Of a DNA stretch of 64,000 nt, positions 8,072 to 15,838 are shown one piece after another. Every line of letters begins with the position of its first letter. Position 1 is the stretch's first letter. The notes beneath the pieces are model-generated. The model was not told where the DNA came from. It did not search any database and saw only the letters and a list, made by a program, of their open reading frames with translations. The translations under genes were made by a program, and so were the position numbers. Source of the DNA: a virus; the IMG/VR virus record IMGVR_UViG_3300045391_000992, positions 1 through 64,000 of that record, one strand, 5' to 3'.

Positions 8072-8962
8072 CTAGAGGTCGATGCCCTTGAGCTTGCCAA
8101 GGTCCTTGAGCACCCTGAGCGTGTGACGGAACTCGGCGCGAACGTTCGAGACCGTGACCTTGGAGACCGGCGCCCCGCCCTTGCCCAGCTTCTTGATCAG
8201 GGCATCGACGGTGATCTCCGGGTCTTCGACGATCGCGGTCTTGATCGCGACCTTGACGCCGGACGGCTTGGCTTCGACCTTGGCGGCCTTCTTCTTGGCC
8301 GGCTTCTCGTCGTCATCGTCGTCCTCGGCCGGTTTGGCCTTCTTCTTTTTCTTGGCCGGCTTCTCGTCCTCCTCGTCTTCGTCGGCCTCGTCTTCGTCGT
8401 CATCGTCGGCGGGCTTGGCCTTTTTCTTTTTCTTGGCCGGGGCCTCGTCCTCGTCGTCGTCGTCGTCTTCGTCTGCCGCCGGCTTGGCCTTTTTCTTTTT
8501 CTTGGGGGCCTCGTCCTCGTCCTCGTCATCCTCCGACTCGTCGTCGTCATCGGCGGCGGGCTTGGCCTTTTTCTTTTTCTTGGCCGGCTTCTCCTCCTCG
8601 TCTTCCTCGTCTTCGTCGGACTCGTCGTCCTCCGACTCGTCATCCTCCGACTCGTCAGCCTCGTCCTCGTCCTCGTCCTCGGCCGGCTTGGCCTTCTTCT
8701 TCTTGGCCGGCTTCTCGTCGTCCTCGTCCTTCGGCACGGAGCCGACGTCAGGGAACTCCGGCACGCGCTTCTTGGCCTTGACCGCTTTGATCGCGGCATT
8801 GACCCAGTCCTGCGCTTCCTCGCTGAGCTTGTCCCACTGCGGGTCCTTGAAGGTGTTGACCTTCTCGACCACGGCGGTCAGGAAGTCCTGACGACCCTCG
8901 TACTCGTCGGGGTCGACCTTCGTGGCCTTGACGAACTCAGCTTGCAGTTTCGACTTTGGCAT
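8072..8962 (-). CDS. acidic/lysine-rich tandem-repeat protein with small globular N- and C-terminal domains
   Basis: AGGAG 7 nt upstream of the ATG. Central ~160 aa consists of [D/E]8-20 blocks alternating with (K)PAKKKKKAKPA. Has its own terminator. Confidence 0.8.
   Translation of the reverse strand: MPKSKLQAEFVKATKVDPDEYEGRQDFLTAVVEKVNTFKDPQWDKLSEEAQDWVNAAIKAVKAKKRVPEFPDVGSVPKDEDDEKPAKKKKAKPAEDEDEDEADESEDDESEDDESDEDEEDEEEKPAKKKKKAKPAADDDDESEDDEDEDEAPKKKKKAKPAADEDDDDDEDEAPAKKKKKAKPADDDDEDEADEDEEDEKPAKKKKKAKPAEDDDDDEKPAKKKAAKVEAKPSGVKVAIKTAIVEDPEITVDALIKKLGKGGAPVSKVTVSNVRAEFRHTLRVLKDLGKLKGIDL
8257..8740 (-). repeat. in-frame tandem coding repeats (about 6 units, variable length)
   Basis: The DNA repeats gcctt(t)ttc(t)ttttcttggc(c)gg plus GAC/GAG runs. 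Protein units are DEDEDE..PAKKKKKAKPA. Confidence 0.7.
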
Positions 8963-9007
8963 TGGTAACTCCTGTTGATGCCCTAAAGTTTATGGTCGGC
9001 GCGTTGA

Positions 9008-9460
9008 TCACAAGGGTTCAGAGTATGAGGCGCTGTTGCCCTCATGCTCTGCGACCGTAACCTTTGCGAGTCTCACACGGGGGCGGACCCCCATGTCATC
9101 GAGCACCGCGAGAGCATGTTGGAACGCGTAGTACGCGAACGCTTCCATGCCGACGCGGGGCAATAACGTGTAGTCGCAGATCCTTCTGCCTTCGATCGTC
9201 GTCAGTTGTTGGATCGCGTCAATGTCATTCTCCGCGATCATTGTCTTGTGATCGAACATATCGACAAGGAACTGTTTCAACGGCTTGAGGCCGCCGAAGT
9301 CAATCACCCAGTTATTCTTGTCGAGCGTTTCGGCCTCGAACTCGAACGTGAACGCGAGCGCGTAGCCATGCAGGAAATGACAATGCGACTCCGCACGCGG
9401 CTGGCGAAAGCACGCGGACAGACCGAGCGAGTGCGGGTAATGCTTCGTGACGTGGTACAT
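9008..9460 (-). CDS. queD: QueD-like 6-carboxytetrahydropterin synthase (PTPS fold), divergent
   Basis: SHCHFLHGY..NWVIDFGGLK..FDHK matches the PTPS/QueD pattern. It reads LHGY where I expect LHGH, and the first Zn-ligand His seems to be absent. Confidence 0.6.
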   Translation of the reverse strand: MYHVTKHYPHSLGLSACFRQPRAESHCHFLHGYALAFTFEFEAETLDKNNWVIDFGGLKPLKQFLVDMFDHKTMIAENDIDAIQQLTTIEGRRICDYTLLPRVGMEAFAYYAFQHALAVLDDMGVRPRVRLAKVTVAEHEGNSASYSEPL

Positions 9461-9536
9461 GATTGCCCCTGTGATGATTAAGCAGGCTACCGCACCCGGC
9501 GATCTCGCGATCGTCAGGTGTCGGTGGCGCTCCTAC

Positions 9537-10088
9537 TTATTCATACTGCGGGTGCAATCGTGCTCCGGCCAGATACTGCACAAGCGCAGTGTGAATGTTG
9601 CGCTTGGCGGGATCGAGGCCTGCGAAACGGCACAGGCGTTCATTCGTCGTTTCGCGGGTGTGATCAAGGCGGAGACGGTAGGGGCCGTTGCTTTCGATCA
9701 TGCGAGTCAGCACCCGCATGAGCGCAGGCGGCAACTGCTTGATGACGAACGCGAGGTCGGGGTCGGAGGTCGGGTCCTCGCCCTCGAGCATGGCTTCCAT
9801 TGACGTGTCGAGATCAGCCTCGGCGACGAGTTCGAGCCGGCTGCGCTTCTTCGATAGGTCGTGGATGTGATTGGTGAAGGCAGTTTTGAAAAGCGCCATG
9901 CGGTGCTTTTGCTCTGTCACGTTCGGGTATCGATTGCACACTCGCACCCAAATCATGAAGCCGTCCTGCATAAGGTCGGCCAAATCGATATGGCTAGAGA
10001 CTCGCCATATATTCTCGCGTGCTGTTTTGAAAATCCAACCGCGGACTCCCTGATCCAAGTTTGTTTCCCCAGACATTCCCATTCCCAT
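9537..10088 (-). CDS. sigma-70-family (ECF-like) RNA polymerase sigma factor
   Basis: Region-2-like DLMQDGFMIWVRVCNRY..FKTAFTNHIHDLSKKRSR. C-terminal region-4-like HTH LPPALMRVL..TNERLCRFAGLD. Three candidate ATGs at 10074-10088. Confidence 0.5.
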   Translation of the reverse strand: MGMGMSGETNLDQGVRGWIFKTARENIWRVSSHIDLADLMQDGFMIWVRVCNRYPNVTEQKHRMALFKTAFTNHIHDLSKKRSRLELVAEADLDTSMEAMLEGEDPTSDPDLAFVIKQLPPALMRVLTRMIESNGPYRLRLDHTRETTNERLCRFAGLDPAKRNIHTALVQYLAGARLHPQYE

Positions 10089-10261
10089 TCCAAGTAGAGG
10101 TTTCAGCTAACGCGGTGATTTACAAAGTAAGGTCGGGGCTGAAGCGACGGGGCCCCGTATTCTCCGCTGATGATTGAAGCCGGTTGGAGAGCCGGCCCCA
10201 GTATCCGCTACTGATACATTCGGTGAGAGGTCGCGAATAAAGGCACGACCCCTCGCAATCG

Positions 10262-11254
10262 TCAAGGTACTATGTCGAGCAATGATTGCTCGTCCAAAAG
10301 GCCCGGGTCTTTAATGCGATCGGGCAATGTCAAGACCCTGTGGACGAGTGTGGACATGTCGATTTGAGTTCTCAGTGCCGTGGCGAGCGTGCCGCGATCG
10401 AGCATCAGGTATCGATACTTGAACACCGAGACGAGGTCACCAGCGAGATCGATTTGCGCCTGTGACGGCGACGCCGTGAAGAAGCACGTCGCCGCGATGC
10501 CATGGGGCCGACCGAGCACGTTGACCTTGAGCGCGTCAAATGGACCTTCGCAAAAGACAAGCGTGTCAGCGTCGGCTTTGTTGGCCATCAGCTTGTCGTA
10601 GAAGAGCAGGTAATCGGAGATAGGCCCAACGGCTGGCACCTCTTCCAACTCGGGGTCGTAACTAAGAGTCTTGTATCGGAGTTCCACGTCCGGGTAAATC
10701 GTTCGGCCCGTGTATGTCATCAGCTTCCCCTCGAATTTGACGGGGAAGATAATACGGCCTTTGAACTTGCCGACTGTCGCATAGCGCAGCCCGTAGCGTC
10801 GCGTCATGCGATCGATGTCCCGGGGTGTGAAGCCACGCCCCAACAGATACTGCTCATATCGTCGCGAGCTCGGCTTGCGCGTTCCGAACGATTTGAATTC
10901 CTCGGGCAGGGTGACCTGCCGTTGAACAGGGGCCTGCTGCGGAGCAATGAGGCCACGAACCGCCCCTAGGAAATCGTCGGGCAGAAACACGCCCTCCCCG
11001 ACGATCGCCTGTGCTCGCTCCCTTGAACAGGCTATCAGCGCTTGCACAAGGTAGACTGGGCTCTTGCCGGAGTGGTTGTCGTTGCGCCAGCAATTCCAGC
11101 CACCATGCTTAAGGTTGATGGACATATGCTGTGACGGATCTTGCGACCCGCAGAAGGGGCACTTCACCGCGACGTGGCCCCGGGACACGTTCGGTCCCGA
11201 GGTCGCGTAGTGGATATGGTGCGAGTCGAGGAACTGCACCCAGTTAAAGGCCAT
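10262..11254 (-). CDS. DNA primase (zinc finger + TOPRIM)
   Basis: CPFCGS..WNCWRNDNHSG zinc finger and TOPRIM LVFCEGPFDALK. Start moved to ATG 11252-11254 (MAFNW), preceded by GAGGAC. Confidence 0.75.
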   Translation of the reverse strand: MAFNWVQFLDSHHIHYATSGPNVSRGHVAVKCPFCGSQDPSQHMSINLKHGGWNCWRNDNHSGKSPVYLVQALIACSRERAQAIVGEGVFLPDDFLGAVRGLIAPQQAPVQRQVTLPEEFKSFGTRKPSSRRYEQYLLGRGFTPRDIDRMTRRYGLRYATVGKFKGRIIFPVKFEGKLMTYTGRTIYPDVELRYKTLSYDPELEEVPAVGPISDYLLFYDKLMANKADADTLVFCEGPFDALKVNVLGRPHGIAATCFFTASPSQAQIDLAGDLVSVFKYRYLMLDRGTLATALRTQIDMSTLVHRVLTLPDRIKDPGLLDEQSLLDIVP

Positions 11255-11401
11255 CGTCGTCCTCGTCCTCGTCATCAACCGGCGACGGCTTTTTACGAAG
11301 CACGAGTTTCTTTTTCGCCGGGGTCTCTTCTTCCACCGCCTTGCGTGGCTTGTCGCACTTCATGCGACTCGCGATAGCAGCGTAGTCAAATATGATCGCG
11401 G

Positions 11402-12199
11402 TCATGCCACACCCCCGATCATTGGCTTAGGCTCAGCACCGATCTGCGTGTCAAGCGACACATGCTTACCGGCGCGGTCACCGTCAAGCGCGCCTTCGTG
11501 CGACGTGTGCTTGCCCTTGTTCGGCCTGACCATGAGGTCAGCGTGGTTCTTCGACATGTAGTCGCTTACCTCCGCGCTCAGCTTGGTGTACAGGGCAGGC
11601 ACGTTCGATTTGACGAGCAGACCCACCGGCGTTGACGTTTGATCGTGGTAACGCTCCCAGAGACGGTTCTTGATCCGCACAGCACAGCCATATCGGAACG
11701 CATGCTCATATGCCTGCGCCGTGACGACCTCGCCTTCCACGCGAACCCGCGCGCCGTTCTTCTTGACCCACACTCGGCGCCCCTCCTTTGCGAGGCGTTC
11801 GACCGTGTCGACCAGGTACACAAACATCTCCTTGGCCACCACGACGTTGTGTGGCAGGCCGATGAAGTTATGCTTGTCGCCGCGAATGTAAGGCCGCTTG
11901 CGTTGCGGGGCCTCAAACCGCACGTGCTGCCAGTAGTAGTCGCAGAAGTACAATCGCGCACAAGCCAGCGCGAGATCGCGTCGCCAAGGGTTTGAACTCG
12001 AGGTCAGCAGATCGCCGTCCTCGATTACCTTACCCGTCGAGTCACGTTGCTCAACGTCATCAATCGATAGATTGAATTGCAGGAGTAGCTCCTGCACCTT
12101 GTTCGCAGCAATCGCTGACTCATTCTCGTTCGCGTTGCCCCGCGACATTGCGAGGAGTGCGCGAATACGTTTCAGTGTTGCTTCACTCAGATCCGCCAT
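11402..12199 (-). CDS. DUF2786-family phage protein
   Basis: N-terminus LKRIRALLAMSRGNANENESAIAANKVQELLLQF is the typical DUF2786 helix pair. Start at MADLSEA. Confidence 0.55.
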   Translation of the reverse strand: MADLSEATLKRIRALLAMSRGNANENESAIAANKVQELLLQFNLSIDDVEQRDSTGKVIEDGDLLTSSSNPWRRDLALACARLYFCDYYWQHVRFEAPQRKRPYIRGDKHNFIGLPHNVVVAKEMFVYLVDTVERLAKEGRRVWVKKNGARVRVEGEVVTAQAYEHAFRYGCAVRIKNRLWERYHDQTSTPVGLLVKSNVPALYTKLSAEVSDYMSKNHADLMVRPNKGKHTSHEGALDGDRAGKHVSLDTQIGAEPKPMIGGVA

Positions 12200-12444
12200 T
12201 TGTCGATACTCCAACTCTGATCATACGCTTTATCTACTGACTCGTTGACGGCCTCGGCAGTGCCGGGGACGGAGTAATCGGGGACCCAATTGCCGGACGG
12301 CGATCGCTTGTAGGCGACCCCGTTGATCGTACAATGAGTCATAACGTCGGGAGGGGTCTCACGCCCCGGCCGCCCATCACAATCCAATGGGCAGGTCGGC
12401 CACGTGCAGTGATGACCCCCGCGGTAGCAGGGGATCACACTCAT
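12187..12444 (-). CDS. hypothetical Cys-rich protein (85 aa)
   Basis: ATGA overlap with the upstream stop at 12441-12444. Confidence 0.5.
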   Translation of the reverse strand: MSVIPCYRGGHHCTWPTCPLDCDGRPGRETPPDVMTHCTINGVAYKRSPSGNWVPDYSVPGTAEAVNESVDKAYDQSWSIDKWRI

Positions 12445-13403
12445 TTCTTCGCGCTCTCCAATGCAATGTGCAGAGCGCGACGTTTGATATTGGCTTGGTT
12501 ACCCAGCCACGCGTTCTTCAAAGCAGTGTCGCGCGAGCGACCCTGCTCGTGATCGACGACATAGGTCACCGCGTTGACGGCGCCCCACCACGTTCCCTTT
12601 GCAGACGGGAGCATTGCCCCCGGTGCGTGCTCCAGTGCCGCCTTGTATTTCGGCAGGGCCGCAGGAGTGCGCGCGGCGTCGGGGCTCTTCTTGAGCACGT
12701 CAAGGAAGAACTTCTCGGTTTGCTCCTTGGTGATCTTCGCTTTCGCGAGCACCGCGGCCGCTTCCTTGAACTCTCCCGCCTGTTGCGTGATCAGGCCCAG
12801 CACCCGTTTGGCCTCTTCCTTCTCGACCTCGAAGTTCTTGGTGTGCGGCATGCGGAATGCATTACCACGCCCCTTGAGGTTCGCGCCGAGCGCCATGCTC
12901 AACGTATTCCAGCACACGACCCGAACGTTCGTATACTGCATGATCAGGGCCTTGCCGTGTTCGAACGGGCTGCACAACAGAAGGTAGTTGCGCATTTCGT
13001 CCTTCTTGCCCGTGCCGATCGCGAAGTCCTGACCGACGACGCGAGCCAAGGCCCACACATACTTGCCTTCCCAGAGCGAGCCGGCCGTCTCCATTTGCAT
13101 CTTCGCCGCAGCGACGAAGTCGTGGAAGAATTCGAAGACCTGCTTCGTCTGCACCGGCTTGTAGACCGAGCCGACGATGGACAACAGCTTGTCGTCGCTG
13201 TCCCGCACGAGCGCGAACTTGTTCTTGATCGCGATCTGCTTCTTCTGCTCGTCAGTGAAGTAGACCTGACGCTTCGACACGGTGTAGACTTGACCGGCCT
13301 CCTTCCGCATTTGCTCGGCGCTGAGCTTGTGCGAAACGGGGTTGCCAAGACCATGCCACGGAACCTGTCCGGCGTAGGCCATCTTCTCAACTGCACTAGT
13401 CAT
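12441..13403 (-). CDS. DUF932-family phage/plasmid protein
   Basis: MAYAGQVPWHGLG..ALVRDSD..LSIVGSVYKPVQ.. pattern. Start set to ATG 13401-13403 from the conserved GGAG-N7-ATG spacing of repeat R1. Confidence 0.55.
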   Translation of the reverse strand: MTSAVEKMAYAGQVPWHGLGNPVSHKLSAEQMRKEAGQVYTVSKRQVYFTDEQKKQIAIKNKFALVRDSDDKLLSIVGSVYKPVQTKQVFEFFHDFVAAAKMQMETAGSLWEGKYVWALARVVGQDFAIGTGKKDEMRNYLLLCSPFEHGKALIMQYTNVRVVCWNTLSMALGANLKGRGNAFRMPHTKNFEVEKEEAKRVLGLITQQAGEFKEAAAVLAKAKITKEQTEKFFLDVLKKSPDAARTPAALPKYKAALEHAPGAMLPSAKGTWWGAVNAVTYVVDHEQGRSRDTALKNAWLGNQANIKRRALHIALESAKK

Positions 13404-13482
13404 TTCCATACTCCATTTGGTTTGTCATCATCAGTGCAGGAGTAACCAGCTCCTGCAGACGGGCTTGGTAGCCCGTTTCGAC
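13404..13482 (-). repeat. structured intergenic element R1 (two hairpins + TGATGATGACA + SD)
   Basis: GTCGAAAC / ACGGGC-TACCAA-GCCCGT / GTCTG / TGCAGGAG-CTGGTTA-CTCCTGCA / CTGATGATGACAAACCAAATGGAG. Confidence 0.85.
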
Positions 13483-13913
13483 TATTCGTGCATTGCGTTT
13501 ATGCGCCGCGCTTCTTTGATGCGACGTTCGATCGATCGCTTTAAGACTCCGGGGTCGGAGTCAGGCATCAGGTTCAGGCTCTTGCCGTTGAGATAGGCCT
13601 CATAGGGTTGTCGCAAGCCTGGTCGCCTGACGGAGTAACGTCCGACCTTGTCAACATCGGTGTGCCACACGCTGCCCGTCTTGTCCCATCGCACGATCAC
13701 GGGGTCGGGTTCACATGAGCCGATGTTCTCGGTCGGGCCCAAGGGCCGTTCACCGTCAAGATACCTGTTCTCGATATCGATCAGCATATTGACGAGATCA
13801 CCCGCGCGACCCAAAGTTGCCGTGCTGCTGGCCTTGATCAGGTCAACGACCTCGATCGACAATTTGCGCAACTCATTGAATTGCTCGACCGTGATCGATA
13901 CTGCTTTCGTCAT
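13482..13913 (-). CDS. hypothetical protein (143 aa)
   Basis: Preceded by R2 with GGAG-N7-ATG. The stop TAG overlaps the first base of R1. Confidence 0.65.
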   Translation of the reverse strand: MTKAVSITVEQFNELRKLSIEVVDLIKASSTATLGRAGDLVNMLIDIENRYLDGERPLGPTENIGSCEPDPVIVRWDKTGSVWHTDVDKVGRYSVRRPGLRQPYEAYLNGKSLNLMPDSDPGVLKRSIERRIKEARRINAMHE

Positions 13914-13997
13914 GTTCGTTCTCCATTTGGCTTGTCATCATCAGTGACGCGGGAGCCACCCAACGTCAGACGGGAGCACGCGTGCTCCCGTTTCGAC
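13914..13997 (-). repeat. structured intergenic element R2
   Basis: Same architecture as R1. Hairpin 1 is ACGGGAGCAC/GTGCTCCCGT. Confidence 0.85.
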
Positions 13998-14005
13998 CGC
14001 AGAGA

Positions 14006-14194
14006 CTAATCGTCGTCGATTGGTTCATCGGCGTCGTAGTTCGCCTTCGTCAGAACCTCGGGACGATACGTCGCCATCTTCGCGTCGTGGCATGTTGGGC
14101 AGGTACGACACAAGGGGATGCCCCTTGCGTCGCTCTGCCAGGTCGAGGCCAAGCCCGAGCCACATGGGCAGGGCCTCGAGTCGTAGCGGCCCAT
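14006..14194 (-). CDS. small zinc-binding protein with SEC-C-like CPCGSG motif (62 aa)
   Basis: Start moved to MGRYDSRPCPCGSG. Also carries CRTCPTCH. Confidence 0.45.
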   Translation of the reverse strand: MGRYDSRPCPCGSGLASTWQSDARGIPLCRTCPTCHDAKMATYRPEVLTKANYDADEPIDDD

Positions 14195-14195
14195 A

Positions 14196-14564
14196 TTAAG
14201 CCGCCTCTTGCTTGCGCGGGTCAAGCTCCAAACCGATCTCCCACTTCTTGATAAGCTTGTCCATCAGCTTGTCGTATTGACGGTCGAGCCACGCCTGTTC
14301 CTCGGGCGTCGGCTTGATACCGACATGTGACCACTTCTTGACCACGTTGCCGATCGTCGTCAGCACCTGCGGGAACGTCATGCGTCCCTTACCTTCATGC
14401 AGCACGGTGACTGTGTCATCGACCATGGCGCCCACGATCACGAGTCGGGTCTTTTTGTCCTGACCCCATGACGTGACGATAATCAACTCACACTCCCCGT
14501 CATTGCCGGGCAGGTGGAGAGAGTAGCCATTGTCGCGCAGATGCTTCGCTTTGAACTTGATCAT
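14196..14564 (-). CDS. hypothetical protein (122 aa)
   Basis: Start moved to MIKFKAKHL (ATG 14562-14564), which follows the conserved AAGGAACGAAC of R3. Confidence 0.6.
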   Translation of the reverse strand: MIKFKAKHLRDNGYSLHLPGNDGECELIIVTSWGQDKKTRLVIVGAMVDDTVTVLHEGKGRMTFPQVLTTIGNVVKKWSHVGIKPTPEEQAWLDRQYDKLMDKLIKKWEIGLELDPRKQEAA

Positions 14565-14648
14565 GTTCGTTCCTTCTTTCACTTTGGTTTGTCATCATCA
14601 GTGCAGGAGTAACCACCTACCTGCAGACGGCCCGTAGGCCGTTTCGAC
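14565..14648 (-). repeat. structured intergenic element R3
   Basis: Hairpin 1 is ACGGCC-TACG-GGCCGT. Hairpin 2 is TGCAGG..CCTGCA. Confidence 0.85.
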
Positions 14649-14782
14649 TAAAAGAACTGCACGTAATCGCCATCAGTGAGGAAGCGGTACATTGCGTTGT
14701 GCTCCTCAGTGTAATGAAGGACGCGCGTCAACGGCTCGCCATCACCCCACCTGCGAAAATAAACTATGATAACCGTGGGCAT
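14648..14782 (-). CDS. hypothetical small protein (44 aa)
   Basis: MPTVIIVYFRRWGDGEPL.. The ATG overlaps the upstream stop by 1 nt. The stop TAG overlaps the first base of R3. Confidence 0.35.
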   Translation of the reverse strand: MPTVIIVYFRRWGDGEPLTRVLHYTEEHNAMYRFLTDGDYVQFF

Positions 14783-15387
14783 CACAGCTTCTCCCGTTTG
14801 GACTTCGCCTTCGGCGCGGCCTTGGGGATCGCGACGAGAAAGCGATTGATCACACATTCTTCCTGCGGACCCTTGGGCCGCTCCTTGACGTATCGAATGA
14901 TACATTGCTCGGGCCCAGCCTCGATTACCTTGGCCGCGCTGTTCGCAATGAATGCATCGTGGACGAGATCGCCCTTGCTGAACGTCGGGGGCGGTCCCCC
15001 GGGCTTGTAGTGCGAGGGCACGACGGCGAAACGGCCATCGGACTCGATCACGTGGAATGCATGTGACCGCATGCCGGTGCGGGTGCACATTGCTTCGTGC
15101 GCCCGATCGGCCGCGGCCCGTGACGTATACTTGAATGGATACTGTTCGTCGTCGGGTGTGACGACGCGCGTTTTGGTTTCAGGCTTGGGGGCCTTATCCT
15201 TGTTGGGCTTCGTCGTGCCCTTGAGCCACATGCTCGACCACGATCGAACTGTGCCTTCCTTGATGCCGACATCCTTCCGAGCCGCATACTTAAACGCGGC
15301 CTTTAAGCCCGCGTCGCCTCCGCCAGCCTTGCGGAACACGTCGTAGATCGCAGCCTTGCGGCTGCCTTCCTTGTATGGGTTACTCAC
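14782..15387 (-). CDS. hypothetical protein; N-terminal domain paralogous to the plus-strand H1-like protein; C-terminus KSKREKL
   Basis: Probable GTG start at 15385-15387, preceded by GAAAGG. NPYKEGSRKAAIYDVF..GTVRSWSSMW aligns with HQYKD..KVHEVF..STARTWCSSW of 19921-20217. Confidence 0.5.
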   Translation of the reverse strand: MSNPYKEGSRKAAIYDVFRKAGGGDAGLKAAFKYAARKDVGIKEGTVRSWSSMWLKGTTKPNKDKAPKPETKTRVVTPDDEQYPFKYTSRAAADRAHEAMCTRTGMRSHAFHVIESDGRFAVVPSHYKPGGPPPTFSKGDLVHDAFIANSAAKVIEAGPEQCIIRYVKERPKGPQEECVINRFLVAIPKAAPKAKSKREKL

Positions 15388-15388
15388 T

Positions 15389-15838
15389 TCAAAGCCTTTC
15401 ACGTTTACGCGACAGTCGCTCACGCGTTCGTCGCTTGGGTGTGCGCATTGTGTTGATGAAAGGAGCGAGGGGTTGGTTGTGAACGCCAATACCCCTGCAC
15501 CATGCATCGAGTAGTGATTGTGCGGCGTCCGCTGTTGCGTCATTGACGGGGACCCATTTGCGATCCTCGTTTTGATACGATCGACGCGGGAGTATCAGAG
15601 TCCCGCTCGTCGCAGACGCGCAATACATGATCGGACGCTGCTGCTGGTTGAACATGTGAATGAACACCGCGAGTGCCTGCGGGTACGTTCGATAGACTAG
15701 AGTGCTATTGAACTCCCCGACACGCGTCCCGACGGTGCACACAGTGAACGTGCCGCCCTTCTGGGCCGCATTGAACACCCGACGCTGATACTCCGCGTCA
15801 GATATCAAGCCGTCATCGTCAAACCAGCTATTGTGCAT
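15389..15838 (-). CDS. hypothetical protein ending RKRERL (149 aa)
   Basis: The ORF-track N-terminal extension looks non-coding. Start at MHNSWFDDDG (or at M 15856). No clear SD. Confidence 0.45.
   Translation of the reverse strand: MHNSWFDDDGLISDAEYQRRVFNAAQKGGTFTVCTVGTRVGEFNSTLVYRTYPQALAVFIHMFNQQQRPIMYCASATSGTLILPRRSYQNEDRKWVPVNDATADAAQSLLDAWCRGIGVHNQPLAPFINTMRTPKRRTRERLSRKRERL

Noticed and set aside
7934-8968. Long plus-strand ORFs lying antisense to minus-strand genes. Examples: 7934-8968 (344 aa), 12387-13445, 18461-19543, 35388-36881 (497 aa), 41646-43100 (484 aa), 48982-49812 and 54237-55061.
   Set aside because: These are shadow ORFs typical of GC-rich DNA. Their translations are Arg/Leu/Val/Pro-rich and low-complexity (for example LLVLLVFVGLVFVV). 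They lack SD sequences. Each lies entirely opposite a gene with clear motifs and start/stop coupling.
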